From Phoronis australis (taxonomy: Eukaryota; Animalia; Phoronida), in the NCBI GenBank assembly GCA_002633005.1, contig NMRA01000077.1:744001-808000 (forward strand): a stretch of 64,000 nt of DNA, given 5' to 3'. Shown here piece after piece: positions 27,348 through 42,032 of the stretch. The notes under the pieces were generated by a model. It was given only the letters and a program-made list of their open reading frames with translations. It was not told where the DNA came from and did not search any database. How positions within the stretch are numbered: the first letter of the stretch is position 1; each line of letters begins with the position of its first letter. The position numbers and the translations under genes are program-made.

Positions 27348-29019
27348 CTTGCCTGATCATGCTATATCAATTATCACCGCCATGTGACTAGAGGCACATT
27401 CATCTACCTACTAGTTGGCACTTGCATATTTTAAGGATGAACAGGAGCCAATATACATTTTGGACAAAAATAAGAGGACACAAACTAAGAACGATTGGTA
27501 TTAAAGGTGAGCTACTAGCCTACTGGTCTCGCATGTAATGCATGAGAGGGGATATTGTGTTAAAATTTTTTTATCTTAAACTGATACAACAAACATCTTT
27601 AACAAAGACCTTGAAAGGTGAAGGAAAATTTGTCTAGATATAGTATCATTACAACAGGTGGAAAAAAGTCAACTGCATCCCCCTTTCCCACGATAAGGAA
27701 CCTGATAACTGAGTTGTCTGAGCCACACTCAGGTGGGCTAGTAGGAGTCTAGCTAGGTGCCCTGAGCACAGCTGTTGCAAAGGAAAAGCAACAAGCTACC
27801 AATTATTTTCTACCATTCAAGTTTGTCACATTCTCTGAATATTGATTGAAAGTCTAGTGACATGTGACCTGATCTAAGACAGATATTACTAAGGAACCCC
27901 TGGTACCACAAAACAAAGACTATCAACTCCAAACACAGTGACCACAATTGTTCAATGAAGGTGACAAAATTTGCCAAGTAATGGAAACATGAGCAAGGAG
28001 AGGGAATGATGGGTCATCTGCACAGAAGGCAACCATCCAAATGGGTCTGGTGCTACCGTACATTGTTAAAAAATCAGACCTATGTAACACATAGGACACT
28101 GAGAAAATAAATATCTGAAAGACAGTCAATGACAGAAAACCCTTGAAACAATACCACTCGATTTTCAAACCAGAGCCCACCTTCGCCGCATTAATACAAT
28201 AGAATAAAATCATATTTTTATGCAATACTGGGGGCAGGGTAATGTAGAAATCTTCATAACTAACCAATTTTCTACTTCAATTAATTAGAAATGATAACCA
28301 GTATTACTTTTATGGTCCCACGAAGTAGGTTTAAAGGCCTACTATGGTGCCAGAATGACTATTTTCATAGCTATAATACATGTATTACTGAAAAACATCA
28401 AAGCATACCCCACTCATAGGACTTTTACAGCACCCCATCGCAAACCTCATTTAGCACCAAAAAAAATTGAAACCGTCAAAGCGCGCACTACAGGTCTTGT
28501 AGCCAGACAGGTAGAAATATGAAAACTATCGTCCAAATATAGCTAGGTACCACTGTGTGTCGAGGTCCGTTAGACCCCAAAATTAAATCCCTTAAGATGT
28601 ACTAATGAAATTCCTTTTTGAGACACAGGGTTATTTTGGGAACTCTTTAATAAACCACAGACGAGGTGTAGTTATTGCAGCGTAGCCCATGTGCTCTCAA
28701 TTGAGGCACCTAAATACAAAAAAAAACATATCATATGAAGAATGACACTGACACTGATTACTGGTAAATGGCAGGAGAACAATTTACAGTTAGCCTCGAA
28801 CCCACAACTCAATATTCATTTGAGAGTACAAATGAACTGCACCATCTGGTGTCTACTTGATGAGTCAATCGCCATAGCGATAACTTCAATATCACTGTCT
28901 AGTCCTAAAGGTAACTTTAGTTTTGGCAAAGCTTTGGTAAACTTTAGTTCCCCTAATGGGAAGGCACCGTTAACTAAATTGTTAATGGTGTATTGACTTG
29001 GGAGGCCTAAAATCACATG

Positions 29020-30394
29020 CCTACCTAGCCGCTCGCCAGCTTCTCATTGGCAAATTCTGAGCGGCACTGGCGATGGTAGACCTAAGTCTATTCAAAAACT
29101 TGGCGAGTGCTTTCGTAATTTGACAATACAGTTAATTTTGGGAAACCTAATCACATGTCAACTCGCAGTCAGCTCGAATCAACAACCTTTTAATATTCAG
29201 TCCTTTGAAAAAAAAATAAGCTAACAGTATGTTAGAATGCAGGGAAAGTGACCTTTTGTATAAATTACAATTTCTCTCTCAGTGGGAGGGGGATTTCCTC
29301 CCCCCTCTGGCACTACGCACCTCACAACTGCGCAACTAGTCATTCTCACAAATTGTACCCCAGATTTCAAATCCTAGTTGAGTCGCAGGGTCAACATCAA
29401 CAATATGCCCATGACATGGAAACCAGACCCCAAATGGTGTGTTGTTGTTGTTTTCTAAAGGCGCTGTTCCATTACAGGAACTTTGTTTGCCTTTCCGACC
29501 AAATAGCAATATGGAAAAAGACACCGGATGACGCAGTTCTTTCGTACTCCTTAACAAATATTGAGAAGTGGCTTCGAAGCTAATTGAAAATTGTTCTGCC
29601 ATTTATGAGTGTTTATGAAAATGATCAGTATCGTTCCTCATCAGATATGCTTTTTTAATTTATTTACGTCCGTCTATTGAGAGCACGTCGGCTATGCTAC
29701 AATAACAAAGATCACGTTTTGCTAGTCTCGCGTTGCGACTTCTACAGATAACTTCGACGAAGCATCCCAATACACCATTGTTTCGGTGAGTACCAAAGCT
29801 TCGCTTTTATATCCCCTACTATTTTTGGCGAAGTTTCGCTTGCAGATTAACTACCAGAGTTAACCTTTCCCACTTACCGAAACTTCGGTAAAAGCGAAGT
29901 TTCACCTCTAATAAGAAAATTACTGAAGTCGGACACTTGCTACAGTTTGGTGTAGCTGTGGTCTCATCACCTAGTGTTTTATTCACCGACACCCCTTAAG
30001 TGCAAAAAAAAATAGTGTTGGTGTGGTTTCATAACTTACATGTAAGTCTCAGTCAGACAGCGGAAGTTGAACACTTGCCAGTGTTTTTGCTATATGACCT
30101 TGGAATGCAGATCATTTTTTTTCTTTAGTCTTCTTACAGTACATTACAAAAAGACTAGGGCATAACATTACAAAAGGACTAGGGCATAACATTACAAAAA
30201 GGACTAGGGCATAACATTACAAAAGGACTAGGGCATAACGTGAAAAATATAAAATCCAGTCAGTAATAGTATTTTCATCAATTGCGGGGTTGAGAAAAGA
30301 GTAAGTATTTGGCTAACAATTTTTGAAAATGGCTAAACGTTTTCAGATGTTTTAGCCCTTTTGGCTAATACCTTTAAAAATCTAGCGCAACGCT
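29020..30394. mobile_element. Longer copy of the 54948-55604 family
   Basis: Shares cattggc.aa.tctgag.ggcact.gcgatggtaga...gggaaaccta at the left end and ggggttgagaaaa...tttggctaa...ctag.gcaa.gct at the right end. Confidence 0.55.
30141..30239 (+). repeat. 24/25-bp minisatellite, 4 copies
   Basis: acattacaaaaggactagggcata x4. Confidence 0.9.
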
Positions 30395-32346
30395 GCAGCA
30401 AATTTTTAAATCTCACTCTTCAATTTGCTGTAAATCAAAAAACTGGATTGATTATACCAAACATGTTTTAACACACACCTCAAAATGACATGAACCCTAG
30501 TATAAACACATGTACAGTCAAAATTCTTAATTAATTCAGAACACAACTTACAAAATTTTGAAAACTTATTTTCCTTAAAGACAAGCACTCTGTGGATTTT
30601 TGTAGTGGAATAAACAAATCTTAAGGAGAGGTGAGAAGTAATAGAATTACCATAAATTGGAAATTTACACACATATGAAGTCAGAAGACACACTTTTAAA
30701 TTATTCGTCACAAATAAATCATTGCGAATGGGCAACATGACACACAGCAGGTGTTTGTCTTCAAAAAAGGCATTTTTAAGACTTTCCAATTATATCAACC
30801 GTGAACAAGGTAAAGCACTAGGGAAAGTTAACTACTTTCTGACAAGGAATAGATCATTACGTTAGAAGAGTAATACCTTATTAAATCAAGATGATTAGTT
30901 TAAGTAATTCATAATTCATGTGCTACATTACACGGCGGACATGTAATTTGTACTTTACGGCCAAACGGGAATTTTCAGGCAAGGTGGGAGATGCCAGGCG
31001 CTGCCTTCGTTATCTGTCTTGTTTGTCTTCAGGATTACATGGATTTCTGATTTCATCAAATATTCATGATGACGATTCAATAGTTATATGTGGAGTGTTT
31101 TCTTCCATGGCAAAACAAGATTTAAGGCAGATCCAATTGAACTACATTCTCAAGAACTGTTGACATCCCCCGAGAATCACAAACCAATTTTCTATGAACT
31201 CGGGAATTTGAAACAGCCAGCCTCATGGTTATGTTTTTGTCGGTGATGTTGACAATTGTTGGAACAGAACTAATATATTCCTGATGAGAAAAATTATCTC
31301 CACATTATTAAAAAGCACATCGACTTGAGCTTTCTTACTACTAAATTCATCATAGCAATGACTTCTGGGAACCTAACTGAGAACAATATTTAGAAATATA
31401 ATCTTGCATGTAGTGGCCTCAATAAGAGCTGGTTTCAAAGGTGTAATTCACATAATCAGAGCCACAGTGTTAAGCATTTGATTTCTACTTTACTTCAACT
31501 TAACAATTGATCAACATTGTAAACCACTCAGCACACTGAATGTCCCCACACAACCTCCTTTAGCAAATGATTGGTAATATGGGCTAGCCAACTTCAATAG
31601 TCATGGAGAACAATTCAGAAATATTAACCACCATTACATTGAAACCAGCACAGGTTGTAAAATAAACACTCCTGTATTCACTCCATCAGAACAAATTGAA
31701 ATTGTGATCAACAACATATTGGCCACAACATGTGTTGTTAATTTGATCTGGTAAAAATGATCAGGTGATGGACATGGGCATATTGAGCCATGCCTTTGTG
31801 GGACTTTTCAAAAAAAGAAGTTTGAGAACTGGGTTGGAATTTCTACGGGTGGGGGACACTTTTTATTTGAGTAATGAGGCTCAGGTTTCAAAATGAGATA
31901 CAGAGCGGAACCATCTGAGGCAGAAACGACCAATCCAGAACTAAGCATCACTATGATTGGCAGGCTAATCTCTGACATTAATTTGCTATTAGGTTTTTTC
32001 AATGAACAGTTTCTATAGTTCCATTTGAGTTGCCACAAAGACTAGCAGTTTATTGTTACTATTTCATAATAACTGTCACCAATTTTCCACTGATCACTCA
32101 CCTGCAGTGGTATGAGTACTTATGCACAAATCCCAGATGGACGGAGTTCCCATATGAATGAACATAATGTAAAATGAACATTTGAAGATGCTAATTTTCA
32201 TGCTCAAGAACAGTTATGACAGATTACAGAGCTTGACATTAAATTTTATTTCAACTTGTCCAGTCGGGCAAGTAGAAACGAAATTTACTTGTCCTCACCT
32301 ATAAGACACTTGTCCTAAGGTAATTAACCTCAAATTATACTTTCCA

Positions 32347-32476
32347 AACATATATGAATGTCGCACAATATACCTGTAAGCACAGTCTTAACATATATGA
32401 ATGTCGCACAATATACCTGTAAGCACAGTCTTAACATATATGAATGTCGCACAATATACCTGTAAGCACAGTCTTA
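32347..32476 (+). repeat. 43-bp minisatellite, 3 copies
   Basis: aacatatatgaatgtcgcacaatatacctgtaagcacagtctt x3. Confidence 0.92.
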
Positions 32477-34177
32477 GTAAACATGTGTAAGAACATATGT
32501 TACACTACATTCAAGTTTTGCACAAGTTCATTAAAGAGGGAATTTGTATTCGTACTTCACCAGTGTATGAACTCACTACAGCTTTACCCTGGCTTTTCAA
32601 TTCAGTTATGGAATGTTTTTTATAAGCTGCTGAGTGAGCCGTGGACTGTGGCTGACATTTCAAAAATTTGATCCTAAACACAGCTGACGCAAGAGATGGT
32701 TTGTGGCAGCGTATTTTTCACATGGGACACAACACATTTTTAGTCACTATCATACCGTAACCAATCAAAATCTTCCTTCCATTTCAGAAGGAATTCCGTT
32801 TTCATTTATTCGTTTCATACTGCTGCATGGTGGCTTCACGCCCTTTGGTTTGGTTACCAGTTGCGTGATTGGACCTCCTTGACTTGAAACCATACGCAAA
32901 CAAAGTATTTTTTCGGCATTGCAACTGCAGACACCCGTGCAGGCGACAGTTTCCACACATGCCGTAAGACAGTCAATGACGTAAAGTTTTATTAATCACG
33001 CTAGCGAGTTATCGCTACTATTACTGAGTCTTATAGCCTACATAAATAATTTAAGTCATTAATTGTAACGATAGAGTGTCGAAATGTATTGACGTGCAAA
33101 TGATTGCAATTTGATTTTATAAATTGAGCGAACTGGTTTGAGGCACCCTCCAAATGAGACGAAGCATCGGAAACCTGGCGTGCGTTCAAAACGCTCGGAC
33201 CAATGCTAGGACCTAGCTAAAATCAAAACTTTGTGAGATTACTTGAGATACTGCCGTGTATTTTAAATGGGAACACTTGAATTTGGCTAGAACTATTTGT
33301 ATGCAAGTACTTCGGATCACGTCCAGTCAGCTACTGTATAATCTAAGCATCTCGCAGAATACCCACACTGATGGCTAAATAAGTGTCTTAAGTTATCACT
33401 GCAACAAATATTTTCCGATTGTTTAGAATTATTATAGTTTGCAAAAATTCATTAACTTGTCCTGTTGGACAAGCTGCTCAGCCTTGAGCTTGTCCGGACC
33501 AACAAATTGGTTGTCCAGAGCAGTCGGACTACCGTTAGCCCTGGACTAAGTTTTTTTCTTGAAATGAAATAAACTGTCTCAGTCTTTAGCTTGTAAACAG
33601 TTGTTTTATGTTTAAAATATAGAAAAGCGCAATTCTTCAACTCCGTAGTATTGAAACTGCCACACAGGTCATGTAAATTACATACATCCCCTACGCGCAC
33701 ATCTTCACCCATCCTCACTTATTAATGACTACAAAAACATCCATTTAACTCCAGTTGCCAGGTTAAAATAGATAAAATTTGCCAAACTTTTTATTGTTTC
33801 CAGAAAATAAAACATTCAATACTTTGTTTACTGTTTATATATACAAAAGGAAAAAACAACTTTAGACGTATTATTGAATGCTTGAAAGTGCTTAACTGCT
33901 TTAGAGTATCTAAAAGTGCCATCCACACACAGACCCTAGAACAAGTTACTCCTGGAACAATATGTTGCTAGGTTTGGAGGCTATGTGGATGCTATTTAAA
34001 CTGGCTCAACTAACCCAAGTTGTGACAGCTTACTCCACCTCATCGAGGCAGGGTAACTTGGGCCACTTCTATTCCTGTGTGGCCGCAAACCTGGGGCAAG
34101 GCAGAAGTAAATATCAACTGTAATTACATACACACTCGCATTAGGTGTTTACTGTCACGCACAGAGCGACAACTTTC

Positions 34178-34249
34178 TGTGTGTGTGTGTGTGTGTATGT
34201 GTGTGTGTGTGCGTACGTGTGCACGTTCGTGAATGCGTGTGCGTGTGTG
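34178..34249 (+). repeat. Imperfect (TG)n microsatellite
   Basis: Visible TG run with interruptions. Confidence 0.9.
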
Positions 34250-34571
34250 GACGCTCCACTTGAAAGTGGGGTAAGTTATACTAGTGCAAATTGTTCTAGA
34301 GAAGGCTGTGTGTGGAGGGGACTTTACACTAGCAGACATACCAGACCCATTTGTAAACACTTGAACATAAAACAGACAACTGTAAAATGAGTTGAAACAA
34401 AGTAATCAACATTTCAGTAACCAACCAACAGGAAACTGTTGGCTGACTTGAGAAATACAATATCATCTAATCTATGTTAAGCCATGTCCTATCTTGAAGT
34501 TAACCCTTGCCACCAATACAGTGAAAAAATGATTAGACATCCTTCTGAGTATAACTGAGCAACCACAATAA

Positions 34572-35022
34572 CAAGGTACCTAAACTACATGGTCAATGGA
34601 CTCATAAACACGGGCACGGACGCATGAACACGACTCACGGACCTGCAAACACCGTCCACTGACTCACAAACACAGGAACGGACTCACAAAACACAATCCA
34701 CACACCCAAATACACGGGACACGGACTCATATTCACCAGGAAACACGGTTAACGGACCGCCAAACACGGGTCATGGACTCATCGGCTTCCTGGGTCAGCT
34801 GACATCTCCATTTTGTCCGTAAACCTTTTTTGGCGGTCCGTTAACCGTGTTTCCTCGGGAATATGAGTCCCTGTCCCGTGTATTTGGGTGCGTGGGTCGT
34901 GTGTTGTGAGTCCGGTCCCGTGTTTGTGAGTCAATGGACAGTGTTTGCAGGTCCATGAGTCGTGTTCATGCGTCCATGGGCCGTGTTTATGAGTCCGTTA
35001 ACAGTGTAGTTTAGGTACCTTG
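34572..35022. mobile_element. Fold-back MITE with ~200-bp TIRs
   Basis: CAAGGTACCTAAACTACA... / ...TGTAGTTTAGGTACCTTG. The arms are built from AAACAC/GGACTCA subrepeats and the element is flanked by AATAA on both sides. Confidence 0.85.
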
Positions 35023-38000
35023 AATAATAGCTGATAGGTAATAATAGCTGATTTTCAACACAGCTGCGTCACATTGAAATTCACTGTCCCGCCAGATGGC
35101 AATCAGGTCTTTGGTGGACAGGCCTTCAGTGACACTTACAGATCTAATGTAATACAGATGGGAGGTTTCAACCAACTGGTAAAAAAGAGTTTTAATATTT
35201 TTCTGGCTAAAATAATTTCAGCAGATTTTCACTGATGTGTGGTGGCAGAAAGAGACAAACCTCTTGAAATATTCATGGAGGACATCCATGTCCCATGCAT
35301 TTCCCACTGCGAAGAACAATCCGCAGCTAGTCAGAGGCTACGGTCAATAAAACAAGAGAACTTTGATCCCAGCCGACGTCAAAAAGCTAAAATAAATTAC
35401 TGAACTTAACTTAAACAATGGGTTCACATTGGTAATTATCTCCTCTGTCTGAATTTCTGTTCACCAAATCTGAGTCGGAATCAAGCGGAAGTCATCTTCC
35501 CGCTTTCATTAATTTAGATAGCACCAATGTGAAAGGTCAATTATTTCTGCCATGTTTGCATCCACGTTACAACTTGAGCTGGGGCAAGTTATCCGAGAAC
35601 AAGTTACCACCCTACATCGATAAAGGGGGGAGACTCACTAAGTTATCAGATGTTTGTGAAGTTGTCCCAATACATATGTCCACACCCCTACTAAACTTAG
35701 AAATAACTTGTTCTAAGGTTATTTGTAGTGTTCAGAAATCAATGAATAGGGAAAACCAAGTCAGCTAAGATAAACAGCCGTGAATTTTGATCATTGTTGC
35801 ATGACCATTAAAAACAGAACCTAGACTATGACATATAATAGTTAACCAGGTTTAAGATTTAGAAAACACTGATCTTTCTTAGAACGGTGTGCTGTTCACA
35901 TATAGACAAAAAAGCAGAGTATCAAAATTATCTAGCATAGTGAACAAATCCTAGTCATGTATTAATTTGAAATCAATTACAAAATGCCAAGTTTTTGGAA
36001 AGTGAATGTAAATACCTTGTCCAAAATGATAACCACATCAAAACAGGAAGACCTTGTTAGCCCTAATACAGCTATTATGTATACAAATTATAAAAAACTG
36101 AAACGTCACAAAACAGATGGAAAGAATTAACAAGGAAATTTGACAAGCTGCCAACTGTTAGACTGAGCACAAATGATAGACAAGGCCATGATACTAATAC
36201 AGCTGCAAACCATGAAATAACTACATAAGCACTGGCCAATGTTACTTTAAGTGAACAAGTACTAAGGATGCCACAGACTTCAGAAGTGGATTTGAAGGGT
36301 TGACATAAATGTTGCCTTGGAATCCTAGTATTGTGAAGGAGTGTTGAAGATGTATATTGTTAGATGCTGATGTAAATATTTCATTGACAGAATTTTTTGA
36401 AACTGGTTAAGATTTTAGCCTGAAGTCAAAACAGAATTAAGGAAATGTTTTGAGATAATCACCACTCCATTAAATCTCAACATAAAGATAATATGTTCTA
36501 AACAGAATTACTTGCAGTGGGTCTACATTTTTCTCGGGGGAAATGTTCTTCCATTCAAAACTGATGTTCAAGAAAGATGAAAACCAGGGTACAGTTCAGT
36601 AACGCAGGACCTACGCTAGGACCTCACTACAATCTAGCCAAAATCATGTGTTCTCATTTAAAATACACAGCAATATCACACAGTCTTGCTTTTTAGCAAG
36701 ATCCTAGCATTACTGAACTCAGGGCTGATAGACAGCCTGGGGTGAAAAACAAAGCCAGAAACTAGAGCACTGGTCAAGACTAACCACAGTGGTATCAATA
36801 TTGCATACTGTGAACAAGTTAACATCTGGTTAGATGCAATGGCTAGTAAGGCATGCATTTGCTGCTTGGTGGATATGCCACACCAGAAGATAACCAAGGA
36901 AAAGGCGGAAGGCACGCTGCTTCGTTCACAGGAAAAAACGACAGGGTTTCATCAACAGATTTAACTTAGTCAGCACAAATTATGACTAGTCACAGAAGGG
37001 CTAACTGTGATGTGAGAGAAAGAGAGGATAGATCATGCATCTCTTAATGATATTTCTAATGAAAGTGGTACAGGCATTTGGAATCAAGCCAGCAGAATGA
37101 ACCACATGAGAATATACCATCAATTATGGCCTCTGCTGCAAATCAAACAGAACTCAACAGAAGCCAACATCAGGGTATTCATAAACTAGGAAGATCTGGC
37201 AGTGTGCCAGGCAAGTTACAAGAGCACACTCAACAGAAATCTCTATGGAATTAAGTCAGCCACATGTCCCATAGTAGATAAAGACCATGTTTTCTACTGC
37301 ATGTATTTCTCTTTTCCACAAAATCATACACATAACTCATAAGACTGTCATCAGACAAAATAAAAAATATGTGTCTGTTGAACAAAATGCATAGGCCTAA
37401 CCACATCAAGATTGTAGTGAAAACATTTTATACAGCTTATAAGCGAGAAAAAAAAAACAAGTGTCACATACAAAACACGTTCATGCAACCAAACGGTAAC
37501 ATAAATTGATGCAAATATGCAAGAATGTCATATGCAACTTATTTATATTGGTATGGGTGAATCGATCACTTATATTGACAAGCAGGTTAGCAGTTCATAT
37601 CGAACATAGATTGCTCTTTGCAGTAGCAAGCAAAAGGCAATTACAGGAGAGGGTTGGTTAGGATGTGACAAGTTCATGTGCGTTAAATGATGATATACAG
37701 TAAAAAACACTTCACCAATCACCAGGCACTGCCCAAGCCGATGCCAGATGCCCCATACACTTGGCTACCTATCTTATCTTGGTTTTGATAAGCTAAGTCA
37801 GATAGCAGACCAAAATGTAAACTTATAACTGGTTGGTTGATAGTGAACAGATTGATAGAATATAAAACGTAATATACTCAACAGGTACATCAGATACCAA
37901 AAAACCCATTTGAACTTGATAAGCCGAAACAGAAATGTTAAGTGCATCTGCAATCCCTTTGGTATTCAATACAGTTTTAGAACTGTTCCACAGACGAGTA

Positions 38001-39296
38001 TTGGCAGAATTTAAAAATATCGTAATTACAAGTTGCACTTACGGTAACAAGATCAAAACAATATCTACACAGAGAGTGCTAAAAATTCTTTACAAAACAA
38101 AGACTATCCAAAAATTGTTTGAATACTAGAGACGCTGAATGATACATCTTTAACGTTGTTTTCTACTAAATAATAATAAACACAAAGTAAAGCTGGTTCA
38201 TTTACAGCATACAGTTAAGGTTCAGCATGACTTCAACCAGCCTTGTAGATGCTACACTTCAACTGAATGCCAAAAATAACTTAGGCAGGATCCTCGATGC
38301 TTCATTTTGGGGCCGAATATAAACCCCTATTCCACAATGAAAACATTAAAAATCGCGCAAAATAACACTCATCACGAACAAAAATTTCCCTGCAATGAAT
38401 AAAAAATTTCCATCAAAGCTAGAATCACTTCAGCCAAATGTCTTGGTTACTTGAGACACTGCCAGGGTGTGGAATTAGTGGTGACAGGAGGGATGTTCCC
38501 ATCAACCAAAATATCCCCCCAACTAGGATACAGACACCTTTGCCCCCAAGTGAGCGAGGGCCCGGTCAGGCTGCAAACACATGTGTTTGACTTCAAGATT
38601 GTACTTGTTTTTAAAGCAAGTGTCAACCGCTCAAATTATTCGTTATTATTTGTGAGAAGGCATAAACTGTCATGACCCAATCTAATAAAAATCTTAAGTT
38701 AAGACAGAAACAACATGGCTCAAGTTGTAGAAGTCAGAAATGTTAAAAACTATGCCTAGGGTGTTTAATTAATGATAACTACCATTGATGTTGCGTTTTT
38801 CTAAAACTTTAGTTCTAAACTTTACAAGCATTGCAGGATTTGTGGTAGTAGAGCCTGTCAAATCTGCCATTCTCATCTGGGTCAATAGTGAAATCTACTG
38901 AAGCCAAGAACGTGATCCAGTGTTTTTAAGTCTTTCAATCAGCATTATCATGCTACTCCTAAAAGTTGCGCTGTGAAACATTTCTCAACACGGAAACCGG
39001 CGAATGAATGTAAGTGATCGGCACACTGCCAAACACGAGCAACAGCCATCTTGGATTGCTACGAGTACGAACGAAGTGAGGCTACAAAAATATTTATTAT
39101 TGATATTTGGATTCACCGGGTAGTGGGTCAAATAGAGTGATTTCAAAGACCAATGCAAATTAAAGGGAGGGTCTCTCGGGATTTCTCTAGAAATTGCGAA
39201 TTACAGGTTAATTTTCGTGTCGTTTTAATTGCCACATGCAACAGTTACACAAAATGGCGGCTGCTCCCGGTCTGGAAAACGACAGAAATTGTCTAC

Positions 39297-39552
39297 CTTT
39301 ATGAGCTAATGGCGAGCTTGGACTTCGTCTCTCCGGCGAGGCTCTATTATCTGGAGACCGTCTTGTCTTTATACGATGGCCTTCTGGTACCCAAACAGTT
39401 ACAGGGGAAGACGAAGGGCTCCCTTTTCGATTATTTCTTGACGGACTCCCTTGTCTCGGCACAAGGCCAAACTGCATAGTAGCCTTCATTGGCCCCTGTT
39501 TCGTACTCGGTGACGCATTTCTGCGGACCCTCTGCGTTGATTGAGAGGACAT
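39297..39552 (-). CDS. GLCCI1: GLCCI1/FAM117-family protein, coding exon 1
   Basis: ATG at 39552 gives MSSQSTQRVRRNASPSTKQGPMKATMQFGL...RRSPSSPLAHK, a Ser/Pro/Arg-rich N-terminus resembling the FAM117 'P-x-K/R-A-T-x-x-F' motif. The donor AAAG|gtagac at 39296 is phase 1 and matches the phase-1 acceptor of the exon at 14205. A promoter-like motif cluster lies directly upstream. Confidence 0.8.
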
Positions 39553-39699
39553 TTTTAGTACTTCAGTCAGCCTTCAAGTACTTCTAATATTGAAGTGAAA
39601 CTGCACCAAATTTGGTAATAATTGCTTGACGAGAAGCGGTTAAAAATCGCGATTTTCTCAAGCACACTTCGCACACCTGCTACGCTTTCAGTTGGTTGA

Positions 39700-39860
39700 T
39701 CAGCAGCCGCACAAAAATTTCTCCGTACCAGGATAACCACGTGATAGAAGAATCAAATACGATTGGTAGATGAAGTTTATTTCATATGCAAATCACATTC
39801 ACTCGACACAGGCAACGAAATACGTCACAAGCCATCGCGACTTCTCATTGGTTGTTGGTC
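39700..39860 (-). promoter_or_regulatory. Putative GLCCI1 proximal promoter
   Basis: Lies 150-300 bp upstream of the ATG in CpG-richer sequence. Contains an E-box CACGTG (39738), two CCAAT boxes (ATTGG at 39762 and 39847), an octamer ATGCAAAT (39786-39793) and a CRE-like TGACGTA (39821-39827). YY1-like motifs occur just inside intron 1 (AAAATGGCGG at 39251). Confidence 0.55.
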
Positions 39861-41881
39861 AAATATCGTTTTATTACTGACCGTAAATAAATAAATAAAA
39901 GGCATTCAACAGAAATGACAAAACGACAAATGAGTTGTTGCTTACAGCAACTGCCAATATTTTCAAACGATAAGAAATGATTTAAAGCGACAACTTTATT
40001 ACAGTTTTGTTGTTGCCTCAAATTGTATACGAAACTGGACTAAAATAGACAACCGCGAGAATGAAACGCAGCCTTAGCCCAGCATGCGCCGTTATTTGAC
40101 AGCCAGTAAATGTGTGCTGCCACCTGGAGTTTGTAGTATTGGATTCAGTGGGGCAATGAAAACACGACGGGGACCAAGACGCAGCACGGAAGGTTCCGAT
40201 ACCCTCCTTTCAGAGTGCTAGCAGCGTTCTCCTGTCAATATTCTTCTTTTCCAGTACTAAAACAATGTTCCTTTCACACGAGTCCGTTGATTTTGTTCTT
40301 ACCAGTACATTTCTCGACTTCACAGTGGACAGAGCACGAATCATGATGAGAAATATTGGCCCTAACTAGATTTCACGGTACGTGCCAAGCACGTGGTTGC
40401 AAGCATAAGCATACATATTGTTTTACATCTATGATCTAAACATGCATAACTGGTGCCTCCTGTCCGTAACATATACGGGCGTCGGAACGCCAGATTACGC
40501 ATCGGAGATTGAAGACGGAGGGGGCCCGGGGGGCCGCTCATATTCAGTTGACAAGGTGCCCGCAAGCGTGTACCAAAAATTGCTGAGAAACCCCCCATTG
40601 CAGGTGCCAGGTCTGCTTTCCCCGCCTCCGTAAATTTTTCTCCCTCACACTCTTTAGCGGGGTAGCTTATTCTGCTCCACCCTTTCGCGGGGACGAACTG
40701 GAAATTTAGGGACCAATTGGACCCCTTGCGGGTTCCACAAAACTTGCTTAAAAGTACCGCCTATGCGTAGTTTTTGGTACACGCCTATGGGCATCTTGTC
40801 AACATGCCAAGTGACCCTCCGCAACAAATGTGACGTAAATATGCGAAATACCGGGAGAAACAGCATCATCTTGGAACTTCGAGTAGATGGAGTATCGTGC
40901 CAGTGCAAATTCGTTTTTAGGGGTGAGAATGATTCCTAAGGCCAGCTAGGGTTTACTGTATCAATGTCTAGTTTAGAGAGAATTTAATATATTAGGATCA
41001 TGTCCTGCGCGCACCCAGCCTTTAATATGGGGGGCTCGAATTTCCGACGATGCGGATCTTTTACCGACAAAAGCAGCCGAAGGACTAAAAAAAACCGGGT
41101 ACCACATCCAGAGCTGCGAATTGTTCGTTTGCATCTTTTTAGTGGACTTTTGTCTCGTTTTTTCGGACGTACTGTTTCTCTGAGGCGGACCTTTTTGTCC
41201 ACTNCCCGACCAGCCCCCCTCCCCTGGGTGCGCGCATGCATGTGTTGCCGGAAGGGGGCGTCGGCTCCGGCCGAGTTCACTGGCACACTGTCGGTAAGGG
41301 TTGTTTTTTGAAAATTCCTTCTTCAAAATGGTTTCCCGAGTTACAAGTGTCTTACCCCAGAATTTTTCTGATTTTTCTGTTATTAAGCAGTGTTGCATAG
41401 GCTAGTGCATTCCTGTGTTACCCTGTCTTTATTATGAATTAACCTTGCAATCCAAAACCGAATCGCAAAAATCGTAATTTGTTTACAACTGCTGTTACAT
41501 GTACATTGAGCAAATCCATTAAACATGTAATTTACGGCCATGAAAAAATCTTACTAAAGACAGTTTTCTCGGCAAGGTCAGTTTCGCACGAACAATTTCC
41601 TTTTTATCAATAATTACACAATGATAATGGACTAATATCCAACTTGAAGTTACGGCTATGTAGGACCTTAGAAAATGTACAAATTTAGCTAACTTCGGAA
41701 CACCATATCTCCGGAATGGCCAGCCCAGAGTCGGACTCATACCAAACTATGCTTTACGCTCTACTCTTTGAAGTGTTTATATCTTTATGAAAAGTAATAA
41801 ATGTTGCTTAAAACGAAAACGAAATGATATTTAAGAAAATTGCAAGAATTAATCATCTTCAACGTTTGTATCAAACGAAAT

Positions 41882-42032
41882 TTGATAGTGATGTTGCTAC
41901 CGTTGTTTTGCTATAAATGTATCTTTCGTTTGTTGATGGTGATGTTGCTACCGTTGTTTTGCCATAAATGTATCTTTCAATTGTGTATGGTGATGTTGCT
42001 ACCGTTGTTTTGCTATAAATGTATATTTCGTT
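41882..42032 (+). repeat. 51-bp minisatellite, 3 copies
   Basis: gtgatgttgctaccgttgttttgc(t/c)ataaatgtatctttc x3 with a 51-bp period. Confidence 0.88.
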
